Source of the DNA: a virus
Taxonomy: Duplodnaviria; Caudoviricetes
Reading direction: 5' to 3' (one strand)
Virus record (IMG/VR): IMGVR_UViG_3300030508_000060
Span: 1-29,112 of that record
Length of the DNA: 29,112 nt
Shown: positions 1-7,881 of the stretch, one piece after another
Layout: every line of letters begins with the position of its first letter
Numbering within the stretch: position 1 is the stretch's first letter
Program-made: the position numbers and the translations under genes
The notes under the pieces: model-generated
Databases searched by the model: none
What the model was told of the DNA's origin: nothing
The model's input: the letters and a program-made list of their open reading frames with translations, nothing else

Positions 1-88
1 GCACTTGAGGCACAGATTAAAGACCTACAGGCCTGTATGCAGGCGCGTAAAACCGCGTGAACAAAAACCGCAAAGGAGACACCAGCCA

Positions 89-448
89 GTGAGTGAGTTA
101 GAAGCAATACGCTATAGCATAGAAAACCTTGGCGCAGAGATTCGTAATGTGCGCGAAGAGGATGTAAAGCTCGCCACTGAGCGGCACGTAGAGACTCAAT
201 CAAGGTTAGTCACTATCGAAACCACCTTGCGGCGCGATTATGAGCAAGATCAAGAGGAGCACAAACGCATTGATGACCTGGATGATCGCGTGAACAGCCT
301 CGAATCGTGGAGGGATGAGCAAAACGGTCGAGGGCAGGTATGGAACGGCGTAAAGGCCGTACTACTGACTGTTGGCGCATCAGCTATAGCTTTGTTCAAA
401 GGGTGCGGTAGTAGCGTTAATCATACCATCGGCAAAGGGCACCCGTAA
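89..448 (+). CDS. Coiled-coil protein with C-terminal hydrophobic segment (XhlA-like/lysis-cassette membrane protein)
   Basis: GTG at 89 follows AGGAG (74-78). Charged heptad-like N-terminal part, then VKAVLLTVGASAIALF. Lies upstream of the endolysin. Confidence 0.55.
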   Translation: MSELEAIRYSIENLGAEIRNVREEDVKLATERHVETQSRLVTIETTLRRDYEQDQEEHKRIDDLDDRVNSLESWRDEQNGRGQVWNGVKAVLLTVGASAIALFKGCGSSVNHTIGKGHP

Positions 449-450
449 CC

Positions 451-519
451 ATGTTTGACTATTTCGTATTGATTACAGCGACCGTACTTTATATCTACTT
501 TGTGTGGAAGCTGCTTTAA
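451..519 (+). CDS. Putative 22-aa single-TM micropeptide
   Basis: Hand translation MFDYFVLITATVLYIYFVWKLL; starts 2 nt after the previous stop; weak RBS. Confidence 0.35.
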   Translation: MFDYFVLITATVLYIYFVWKLL

Positions 520-576
520 CCACTATTCCGCCTGCGTAAACGTGTCGGCGACCACGTTGCATGGCGGTTAACCGAT

Positions 577-600
577 AGCCCTACGTCGCCGCGTAGGGCT
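577..600 (+). terminator. Stem-loop, possible terminator
   Basis: AGCCCTACG-tcgccg-CGTAGGGCT followed by TATATT. Confidence 0.45.
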
Positions 601-631
601 TATATTACGCGCTAAGGAGGCGCAAAACAAC

Positions 632-1015
632 ATGGGAAACATTATCAGCAATAACATCGAATGGGCATTCACTCACATATTTGGTGAAGGCCCCGGAACA
701 CAGCTTCTTGCCGAAGCACGAGCGGCCGCACAGGGCGAGATTACCAAAGAGGGCGCAGTTGTGGAAGCCAACGTCGCCGCTCAGGTGACCGCAAAGATTC
801 AGGCTCTTTTGCCGATTGTTTCGGCGCATTTGCCTGCAATCTTACGCCCCTTCGTAAACGGAATCATTGCAGTAGAACTACCGCAACTCGTGCAGCAGAT
901 CGTAGATGAGGCTGTCGCATGGGCGGCGACACAGGTGCTCGGAAGCGGCGCAACCGTTCCGGCTCCTGCGACGACCACGGAGACCACCGTAAACCCTACG
1001 ACAGCCACGGACTAA
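632..1015 (+). CDS. Hypothetical amphipathic protein (possible holin/lysis accessory)
   Basis: AAGGAGG RBS; Ala/Val/Ile-rich; Thr/Pro tail; lysis-region position. Confidence 0.6.
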   Translation: MGNIISNNIEWAFTHIFGEGPGTQLLAEARAAAQGEITKEGAVVEANVAAQVTAKIQALLPIVSAHLPAILRPFVNGIIAVELPQLVQQIVDEAVAWAATQVLGSGATVPAPATTTETTVNPTTATD

Positions 1016-1020
1016 AAGCC

Positions 1021-1344
1021 GTGGCGCCGGAGAATGGTGCAACGCTTGCCGATCTTTGCCTTACACGATTATTCGGTGAGGATATTGCAAATCAGGCAGT
1101 TGCACAAGTGTGGCCGCTCCTCATACAAGGGAGCGACGCACAGGCAATTATAGACGCTCTCGCCGCAAATGGGCTACTAGACGCGATAACCGACGATATC
1201 ATCGAGTCGGGCGGCGGAGTGCCTAACATACCGTTCGTTGGCGTTCACGGCAAAGTTGAGAAGTTTATCGAGCTATTGATCGCCAATAAGATTCGTTCAT
1301 GGTACGCGGGGGAACCCGTGTGCCTCGGATACGTTACGAAGTAA
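1021..1344 (+). CDS. Hypothetical protein
   Basis: GTG at 1021, 5 nt after the upstream stop, in frame with ORF 919..1344; protein-like composition only from here on. Confidence 0.55.
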   Translation: MAPENGATLADLCLTRLFGEDIANQAVAQVWPLLIQGSDAQAIIDALAANGLLDAITDDIIESGGGVPNIPFVGVHGKVEKFIELLIANKIRSWYAGEPVCLGYVTK

Positions 1345-1350
1345 CTTCAT

Positions 1351-1384
1351 CCCTCACATGTACGCATAACCGTGCATGTGAGGG
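1351..1384. terminator. 14-bp stem-loop
   Basis: CCCTCACATGTACG-cataac-CGTGCATGTGAGGG (one G:U pair). Confidence 0.4.
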
Positions 1385-1399
1385 CATAGGATTCACACA

Positions 1400-1585
1400 A
1401 TGATTAGAACAACACGTGTATGCGACGAATGCGACAATGACGGCGATATGGTTCAGACTTTGCAGTTGAGGCATCGTAGAGAGGGATCAGTTGACGAGGA
1501 GGAAATAGCGGCAGAGCTATGTCCTGAGTGCATGAGAAACCTGATGGCGCTCATACTTCATCATACATCGTATGATGAAGTATGA
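1400..1585 (+). CDS. Small Zn-ribbon protein
   Basis: CDEC ... CPEC motifs. Confidence 0.65.
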   Translation: MIRTTRVCDECDNDGDMVQTLQLRHRREGSVDEEEIAAELCPECMRNLMALILHHTSYDEV

Positions 1586-1664
1586 GCGAAAAGCTGTTGG
1601 ATGCGACATCGGCGGATATTGCATGGCGCAGGATTAAGCGCATAGATACAGGGGAGTAAACACA

Positions 1665-2174
1665 ATGGGACTCAAAAAGCAGACTGAAGGCGATCTTGCA
1701 GGGTATACGACGATCAATATTGATCTAGGCTTGTTTGCCGCATATGAGGCCGCTTGTGCAGGCTTAGAGTACGTATGGGGCGGTAAATGCACTAATCTCG
1801 GTCACATCCCGCCGACTTGGTATAGCCTTGAAAAGCAGTCGAACCAAGGCCCCGATTGTTCCGGGTACGTCCGCGCATTGCTCGAATATGCTACCGCGTG
1901 TATCGTGTCTCAAGGATTCCCTGACGGATCGGTTGCTCAATGCGATTGGGTGAAGGCAAAGGGATTTAAACCCGGTGATTATTCAGCGACCGGGGACGGT
2001 GACGATCATATACGCATAGCCTTCAAGCACGAAGGTACTCACGGGGATACCGCCGGGCATGTATGGCTGACCGTGCATGGTCACACGGTCGAAAGTTATG
2101 GCGGATACGGCCCCGGCCAGCAACCGTGGCAAGTTTACTCCGGCATCGTTGACGAGTGCTTCGTACTATGCTAG
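1665..2174 (+). CDS. NlpC/P60-type cell-wall peptidase (putative endolysin)
   Basis: YVWGG ... GPDCSGYV catalytic Cys motif and GHV His motif; GGGGAG RBS. Confidence 0.8.
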   Translation: MGLKKQTEGDLAGYTTINIDLGLFAAYEAACAGLEYVWGGKCTNLGHIPPTWYSLEKQSNQGPDCSGYVRALLEYATACIVSQGFPDGSVAQCDWVKAKGFKPGDYSATGDGDDHIRIAFKHEGTHGDTAGHVWLTVHGHTVESYGGYGPGQQPWQVYSGIVDECFVLC

Positions 2175-2272
2175 TTATACAGTCGATCTTTTCGGTGAAC
2201 TCACCGACATGATCAACGCGACCATTTTCTTGACGTCAGGAAAATGGTCATCATTCGGCTATAGGAGGTTAT

Positions 2273-3577
2273 ATGCCGAATCATCACGACCGCAAGTATC
2301 AACTAGAGGATGTGCGGCAATACTACCCACTCCATAAATGGTATATCGCATCGCGTCTTGCGTGGCCGGGCGTTGACCCAGGTCTAACCCGACGAGTTAA
2401 GCAGCGTATAGACAAGGAGTTAGGTCGTAGCAGTGAGCCAATAATCCCCACTGATACACAATCCGTAAAACGACCCAGCACTATACTCACTGAGTCAGTC
2501 GAGGTAAACGGTGATACTCAGACATTATCAGGCAAGTCAAAAGAGAGGATACACACACTAGATCAACTTCTAAAGTTCTTCGATGTCGATAGCAGCATAT
2601 GGGATGTTGACCGATTTGTATGCAACAAATGGGAAGTAGCAGGTAAAGATAACAATAACGAACTACAGACCGAAGATCTTTATCAGGTAAAAGCATGGTT
2701 CAAACGCAAGATCACGGCAACTTCTGAAGACCGATGGGCGCAGATGATCGAAGAGGCTAAAGCATGGGCAATTCCTTACCCTAAGCCTCGAATTAAGCCT
2801 ATGAAGGAGCCGGTCGCAGTAGAGATTGCAATTGCCGATCCACATATAGGTAAACAAGCATGGAAAAAAGAAACAGGATGGGCGAATTATGATTTGTCAC
2901 TTGCTGTCAATACTTATCAGGAATCATTAGATTATCTTATTGACGCAACTTCGGGGTACACGATTGAAAAGTTCCTTCTACCTCTCGGAAATGACTATTA
3001 CCACGTAGATAATCGAATGATGCAGACAGAGCGCGGTACTCAAATGGATACCGACAGCCGTTATCAAAAGATTTACCACGTTGGATTTGAATTGGCGCGT
3101 AAAACTATAGATACTCTGTCTACCATTGCGCCTGTTGACGTGATAATCGTTCCAGGTAATCACGATCAAATGAGCATGTTTCACACGGGCCGGGAATTGC
3201 TAGGATGGTACAGGAATGCGCCTGGTGTTCATATACAAAACGATTTGACAAAATATCACCCATGGACATACGGCGACGTATTTATTACGTTTACGCATGG
3301 GGAAAAGTCCAAGGTTAACGATTATTTTGCAGTAGTAGCCGCGCAATATCGCGAACTATGGGGCCGTGCAAAATACTGCGAAATACATACAGGCCATTTA
3401 CATTCAGAGTCAGTAACATCTCACAAAGGCGGGAAGTTTCGCCGGTTGCCTTCACTTACTCCTCCAGATGCGTGGCATGTTGGGGAGGACTTTGTAGGTA
3501 ACCTACGATCAGCGCAAGCACTGATATATAATCGTCAACGTTTTATCGGGATGCATGAATATAGCTTGCCGGATTAA
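2273..3577 (+). CDS. Calcineurin-like metallophosphoesterase
   Basis: Motifs ADPHIG, GND, GNHD, THG, GHLH; AGGAGG RBS. Confidence 0.85.
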   Translation: MPNHHDRKYQLEDVRQYYPLHKWYIASRLAWPGVDPGLTRRVKQRIDKELGRSSEPIIPTDTQSVKRPSTILTESVEVNGDTQTLSGKSKERIHTLDQLLKFFDVDSSIWDVDRFVCNKWEVAGKDNNNELQTEDLYQVKAWFKRKITATSEDRWAQMIEEAKAWAIPYPKPRIKPMKEPVAVEIAIADPHIGKQAWKKETGWANYDLSLAVNTYQESLDYLIDATSGYTIEKFLLPLGNDYYHVDNRMMQTERGTQMDTDSRYQKIYHVGFELARKTIDTLSTIAPVDVIIVPGNHDQMSMFHTGRELLGWYRNAPGVHIQNDLTKYHPWTYGDVFITFTHGEKSKVNDYFAVVAAQYRELWGRAKYCEIHTGHLHSESVTSHKGGKFRRLPSLTPPDAWHVGEDFVGNLRSAQALIYNRQRFIGMHEYSLPD

Positions 3578-3693
3578 TCAACTCTAAGTTTCTCGAATGG
3601 GAAACTCAGTAAAAACAGGAAACGCATTACAATAACACATTTAACTTGTAAGCAATCCTTACAAGTTGGATAACAACAACCCAAGGAGAAGAA

Positions 3694-4398
3694 ATGGAAC
3701 CGATCAGACCTGCAACTCATAAAAAAGTGTATCTCAGTGGGCCTATGACAGGCTATACAGATTACAATTATCCAGCATTTCAGGACGCTGAAGACAAGCT
3801 GAAGCAAAAGGGGTTTACGAATATATGTAATCCTATACATAACTTTGAAGGTCGTATTGACATGCCGCGCCATGAATACATGCGCGTGGATTTATCGAAC
3901 GTGTTAAGATGCGATGCGGTCGTAGTATTGCCGGGGTGGGAGGATTCAATCGGTGCTCGTGCTGAAGTGCTCATAGCGCAGGAGATCGATATACCTGTAG
4001 TAGAGCTAGATACGCTTTTACCTGTATCTGTAAAAGTTGTAACATCCACGCCAACTTCTACCTTCATTGCTATAGCTTCTAAGACAGTAACTAAGGCGCC
4101 AACTCCGCCATCTAATGCCGTTCCCGCTAACGAGTCAATACTTGCCGAAGCTGAAAGGCTAGTTGGCGGTGATCGCAAACGAGATTATGCGCATCCTTTT
4201 CTAAACTTTGCGCGTATAGCCGATCTCTGGTCATCGCGGTTCGGCGTGGAGTTCAGTGCATTGGATGTCGCAGACGCGCAAATACTAGTGAAAATGGCGA
4301 GGCAACAAGCAACGCCCAAACGCGATAACCTGGTGGATATTGCCGGATACGCTCTCTGCGCTCAGATGATCGCAGAATACGAGGACGAGCAGAAGTAA
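3694..4398 (+). CDS. DUF4406 (nucleoside deoxyribosyltransferase-like) fused to a DUF6378-like domain
   Basis: N-terminal VYLSGPMTG..YNYPAF..CDAVVVLPGWEDSIGARAE; Thr/Pro linker; C-terminal ILAEAERLVGGDR..Y..NFARIA.LW..VKMAR..DNLVDIAGYA; AAGGAG RBS. Confidence 0.8.
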   Translation: MEPIRPATHKKVYLSGPMTGYTDYNYPAFQDAEDKLKQKGFTNICNPIHNFEGRIDMPRHEYMRVDLSNVLRCDAVVVLPGWEDSIGARAEVLIAQEIDIPVVELDTLLPVSVKVVTSTPTSTFIAIASKTVTKAPTPPSNAVPANESILAEAERLVGGDRKRDYAHPFLNFARIADLWSSRFGVEFSALDVADAQILVKMARQQATPKRDNLVDIAGYALCAQMIAEYEDEQK

Positions 4399-4407
4399 GT
4401 CGTTACT

Positions 4408-4463
4408 CCAATACTTACTACTGCCGTGTCTGCCGGGGCGAGATTAACAGTCGTAAGTATTGG
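4408..4463. other. Putative attP site of the serine integrase
   Basis: Inverted arms CCAATACTTACTACTG (4408-4423) and CAGTCGTAAGTATTGG (4448-4463), 15/16 match, 24-bp spacer, centre GG at 4435-4436; immediately 3' of the integrase. Confidence 0.65.
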
Positions 4464-4472
4464 CAATAATAT

Positions 4473-6092
4473 TTATTTGTACCACGCGCAACGGTCTTTA
4501 TATTCTTCCTCGGTTTCGGTACGTGACTGAGTAATACCTAATGCCCCAAAAGTCACGGTTAAAGTTAAGCAACCACCCACAGGTCGTTGATTGCGCCAGG
4601 GTCTCAGTTTAGTATGTTCGCGCTCCTCTACCCGCATTTCGATTCTGGTCTTTAACTTAGATAACAAGGCGCGTTTGCGAGGGCTTCGCGGATCGTTGTC
4701 ACTTTTCCAGCCGGCTATTAACTCCCCCAGAATCTCAGCGATTTGCTCCGGTGATACTTCTGGTTCCGCAGACTTATTCGATTCGTTTAAGTCTATGCGC
4801 TGCTTATCTATAATAGATAAGCGTCGCTTGAGTGTTTCAATTGTATCGATACCTTCAACGTATAGCTTTTTAGCGCGTTCGGTCTCTGCATCCAGCCGCT
4901 CTAAATCAGCTTTAATATTGTTAATTTTAATAGTCGTCTGCTTTATTGGTTTAGTTCTCGTTATTTGAGACGTGGGGAGATTCGCCAAGATTTCGGTGAA
5001 TAAAGTTTCTAACCGATGCACCGCAACGGCGAAGGCGGGGCATAGCTGCGTAGAAATCGTGCGGTTATGACATATATACACCGGGGCGCGAAGGCTGCCG
5101 CCTGTGTGACAAACTCCCCCACATAACGCGCAATAAAGGAAGTTTGTGTACACCCGTGACGGCGGGGATGCTACTCTACCGTTGCCGTCTTTTCTGCTTC
5201 GCGATGCTATTAATTCTTGCGCTTTAGTCACCAGCTCAATAGGCAATATCTCAGGAACCAGCTCCTTAGCATCGAATATCTCATCTAAGTAATCAATCTG
5301 CCTGCGATATACTGGAGATGTGACCATGTCGATAATGCAAGCCGCGTTCCACAGTTTCGCGTAGGGCGGGTATACAGCATTAATATCATTAGCAAGTATC
5401 TCATTGTTGAGCAGTCGCGCTGCGGCCCTGGTGTTGCCGTGCAGGTCTACGATCACCTCGAATACGCGCCTAATGATCGGTATAGTCTCCGGGTTCGGGA
5501 GCCAGCCTTTAATGTTCGCATCATACAAAAACCCTAAAGCTGGCCTGCTTCTTCCTATCCACTTCCCAGATTTTACAGCAGTATAGTTTCGAGCGCTGTA
5601 CCAGTCTCCGGTCTGCTCTGCCTGCATCTGGTCGGAGAATGCCTGGAGCGTATAGATCATATCATCCATAGTGGCGTTCCCGGTCGCAACCTTGGATGGG
5701 TAGCGAAGTTCCACGCCACTTCTCTCCATATCCCGCCGAAAATCACGGCTAATGTCTACGTCGCGAATAACACGAGACATATCGCGTATATATAGGATGC
5801 GTATAAGCCGCTCGTGGGATGCTTCCAAGAACTCGGTCAACCCAGCTCTAAGCCGCATGGCATGAGCGCGGCCGCTGACGCCCATGTCAATGTAGAATCT
5901 GTCAATGGTTAAGCCGTCCGCCGCCGCCATTTGTGAGATTTCGTCTTTGCGTATTTGAATAAGTTCAGCGTCGTATGTGTCGCGCTCTTGTTCCGTAACG
6001 CATTCGGGCGGGTATTCAACTTTTGATTTACGTATAAGCCCGGCGACAAGTCCGTTAGGATTAGGTTTGAATGCGTTTTTTTGGCGTCTCAT
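4473..6092 (-). CDS. int: Large serine recombinase (integrase)
   Basis: GLIRKS catalytic Ser motif, D.GVSG, R.GL, DMSRVIR, recombinase domain, CALC..YIC Zn ribbon, coiled coil. ATG at 6092 overlaps the upstream stop (ATGA). Confidence 0.9.
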   Translation of the reverse strand: MRRQKNAFKPNPNGLVAGLIRKSKVEYPPECVTEQERDTYDAELIQIRKDEISQMAAADGLTIDRFYIDMGVSGRAHAMRLRAGLTEFLEASHERLIRILYIRDMSRVIRDVDISRDFRRDMERSGVELRYPSKVATGNATMDDMIYTLQAFSDQMQAEQTGDWYSARNYTAVKSGKWIGRSRPALGFLYDANIKGWLPNPETIPIIRRVFEVIVDLHGNTRAAARLLNNEILANDINAVYPPYAKLWNAACIIDMVTSPVYRRQIDYLDEIFDAKELVPEILPIELVTKAQELIASRSRKDGNGRVASPPSRVYTNFLYCALCGGVCHTGGSLRAPVYICHNRTISTQLCPAFAVAVHRLETLFTEILANLPTSQITRTKPIKQTTIKINNIKADLERLDAETERAKKLYVEGIDTIETLKRRLSIIDKQRIDLNESNKSAEPEVSPEQIAEILGELIAGWKSDNDPRSPRKRALLSKLKTRIEMRVEEREHTKLRPWRNQRPVGGCLTLTVTFGALGITQSRTETEEEYKDRCAWYK

Positions 6093-6598
6093 AAGCAAGT
6101 ATCCTCAAAGGGATCAACATATTGGGTGATAGGCAACAGCCGCGAATACTTGGATTCGTTGACTGACGCGAAGCAGCGAAGCAGCGAGGACGGCGACAAA
6201 CTGCAACGATTTTGATCGAGCCCCCACGCTTGGCGCATCTGTTTAACGACAGCGCAGGCGACCTCGTGACGAAATAGGACGGGTTCACAATCCTTGGAAA
6301 CTTTCGGCGCATCATCAAATAACTGTTCATGGATTTGTATCCATTCCGCCAGTTCATGCAGCAAGAAAAAAACTTGCTTGTATGGCGCGTGAGCGATGTT
6401 GAGCGCTATGTAGTCAAGCGTTGCCGGTATAAAGGCTGTGACGTCGCTTGACGATTTGAAGCATTTAACTTCAACCCCGAACTCAACAGTAATCCAGTTG
6501 CGAAACTGCCCAGGTTGATCGTACCGACGTCCTGCGGCATGGGCCTCTATGATAGAGCATACTCGGTCTGCAGCCTCACAGACGCCAATTATAGGCAT
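6089..6598 (-). CDS. ImmA/IrrE-like metallopeptidase (anti-repressor candidate) with atypical HELAE motif
   Basis: IALN....KQVFFLLHELAE; located between repressor and integrase. Confidence 0.6.
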   Translation of the reverse strand: MPIIGVCEAADRVCSIIEAHAAGRRYDQPGQFRNWITVEFGVEVKCFKSSSDVTAFIPATLDYIALNIAHAPYKQVFFLLHELAEWIQIHEQLFDDAPKVSKDCEPVLFRHEVACAVVKQMRQAWGLDQNRCSLSPSSLLRCFASVNESKYSRLLPITQYVDPFEDTCL

Positions 6599-6606
6599 AA
6601 ATCAGC

Positions 6607-7047
6607 CTATCCGTTACGAGTAGCTAATGGCGGCGGGTCTTGCTCCTCGCCTTCGCGCCATTGATCTGACTTCATAGTAGATATTAAGTTAAGGATCGCT
6701 ACCTGCTGCTGGTCGTCAAGCATAGATGCGCCGGCAGCGATTGCCTCAACTCGGTCGTTAATGATCGGGGGCTTATCAAGCGGGGCGGTATACCCAGCGG
6801 CATAAAGCCCGTCGCGCAGTATGCTATATGCCTGCTCTTCAGATGCCCCCTCCGGTGTTAAAGCAGCAGCAAGGCGCTCTACCATATCACGTGACGGAGT
6901 AGCACTACGATCATCACCCTTTTCGAGTTGCGTTATTCTAGCCTGACTTGTATTAGCAGAAACGGCTAATGCGTTCATACTAAGACCTCTATATGATCTA
7001 GTACGTTTTAACCACACTGCAAATGGCCTTGAATATTGTTCATTCAT
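6607..7047 (-). CDS. XRE-family HTH immunity repressor
   Basis: LKRTRSYRGLSMNALA...SQARITQLEKG...PS HTH; divergent from the cro-like gene. Confidence 0.85.
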   Translation of the reverse strand: MNEQYSRPFAVWLKRTRSYRGLSMNALAVSANTSQARITQLEKGDDRSATPSRDMVERLAAALTPEGASEEQAYSILRDGLYAAGYTAPLDKPPIINDRVEAIAAGASMLDDQQQVAILNLISTMKSDQWREGEEQDPPPLATRNG

Positions 7048-7073
7048 ATAGTTAACCTATCCCCATTATTTTA

Positions 7074-7102
7074 ATTATATAAGTAATGTTTATATTTGTC
7101 AA
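7074..7102 (-). promoter_or_regulatory. Leftward (lysogenic) sigma70-type promoter
   Basis: Minus strand TTGACA (7102-7097), 17 bp, TATAAT (7079-7074); perfect consensus. Confidence 0.85.
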
Positions 7103-7160
7103 ATAAACAATGTTTATATTTACCTTAAAAAAGGTTGACAATAATAAAAACATTGTTTAT
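7079..7160. promoter_or_regulatory. Three operators, consensus ATAAACA-W-TGTTTAT
   Basis: 7079-7093 ATAAGTAATGTTTAT; 7103-7117 ATAAACAATGTTTAT; 7146-7160 AAAAACATTGTTTAT. Confidence 0.8.
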
Positions 7161-7163
7161 ACT
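7135..7163 (+). promoter_or_regulatory. Rightward (lytic) promoter 1
   Basis: TTGACA (7135-7140), 17 bp, TATACT (7158-7163). Confidence 0.85.
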
Positions 7164-7169
7164 TACTGT

Positions 7170-7442
7170 ATGGAAATATCTAATAAAGACGAATCCCCCT
7201 TGCGCTTATCACCCTGTTTTACTCTTTCTGACTTACGGCGTTATAGAGGCTGGAGCCAGAAAGATGCGTCAGCAATTCTAGGTATTACGCAGGCAAGATT
7301 ATCTCAAATTGAGCATATCGGTACTCAAAATATAGACATGGTTGAAAGAATTGCCGAAAAATGGGGCATAGACTTCAGCACTGCTCGTACCGCAAATAGA
7401 CGACTACTAGAACTTCCAAAACGAAACCACAAAAAAATATAA
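7170..7442 (+). CDS. Cro-like XRE HTH regulator
   Basis: LSDLRRYRGWSQKDASAILGITQARLSQIE HTH. ATG 7170 chosen because the longer ORF start (7110) lies upstream of the promoter. Confidence 0.8.
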   Translation: MEISNKDESPLRLSPCFTLSDLRRYRGWSQKDASAILGITQARLSQIEHIGTQNIDMVERIAEKWGIDFSTARTANRRLLELPKRNHKKI

Positions 7443-7497
7443 ACATTGTTTATATTTGTGTTGACTTTTGCGACAAAATAGTATAAACTATGTTTAT
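7439..7497 (+). promoter_or_regulatory. Rightward promoter 2 flanked by two more operators
   Basis: TTGACT (7461-7466), 17 bp, TAAACT (7484-7489); operators ATAAACATTGTTTAT 7439-7453 and ATAAACTATGTTTAT 7483-7497. Confidence 0.75.
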
Positions 7498-7532
7498 ATT
7501 TACGACGCAATAGAGTCGAATTGGAGGATATT

Positions 7533-7661
7533 ATGACAAGCGAAGTTGAGTGGAGCGAAGAACTGGAAGAGGCGGCATATCTGGAGTGGCTAAGTATGCA
7601 CGATGATGAAGAATTGTATTTCGACGATATTGACGAGAGTGATTATTACGGCAAGGAGTAG
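7533..7661 (+). CDS. 42-aa highly acidic early protein (not in ORF track)
   Basis: GGAGG RBS; MTSEVEWSEELEEAAYLEWLSMHDDEELYFDDIDESDYYGKE. Confidence 0.7.
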   Translation: MTSEVEWSEELEEAAYLEWLSMHDDEELYFDDIDESDYYGKE

Positions 7662-7666
7662 AGACA

Positions 7667-7843
7667 ATGCAAGCAGCCGCTAAAACAAATGAAAACGCGC
7701 CGATAATGCTAACACCTGAGGCGCATCGCATTTGGAACGAAGCAGTCAACGAGTTCTGGGAATCGTTTGCAAGGGATTGCCCGGAAAAGTTTCAGCAAAC
7801 TTTACGCAATATTCGTGAAAAGAAAATGGCTGAAGCTATCTAG
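7667..7843 (+). CDS. 58-aa hypothetical early protein (not in ORF track)
   Basis: AAGGAG RBS; MQAAAKTNENAPIMLTPEAHRIWNEAVNEFWESFARDCPEKFQQTLRNIREKKMAEAI. Confidence 0.7.
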   Translation: MQAAAKTNENAPIMLTPEAHRIWNEAVNEFWESFARDCPEKFQQTLRNIREKKMAEAI

Positions 7844-7859
7844 GAAATAGCTTCAGCCA
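7827..7859. terminator. 13-bp perfect stem-loop
   Basis: TGGCTGAAGCTAT-ctaggaa-ATAGCTTCAGCCA; no U-tract on the + strand. Confidence 0.4.
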
Positions 7860-7881
7860 CGGAGGATGAAAGAGTAATTAC

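Noticed and set aside
1582-1659. 25-aa ORF coupled between the Zn-ribbon gene and the endolysin (similar short ORFs start at 9679 and 16688)
   Set aside because: Plausible translational couplers, but too short and featureless to support as genes.
7110-7169. Longer N-terminus for the cro-like gene
   Set aside because: It would start inside an operator and upstream of its own -35/-10.
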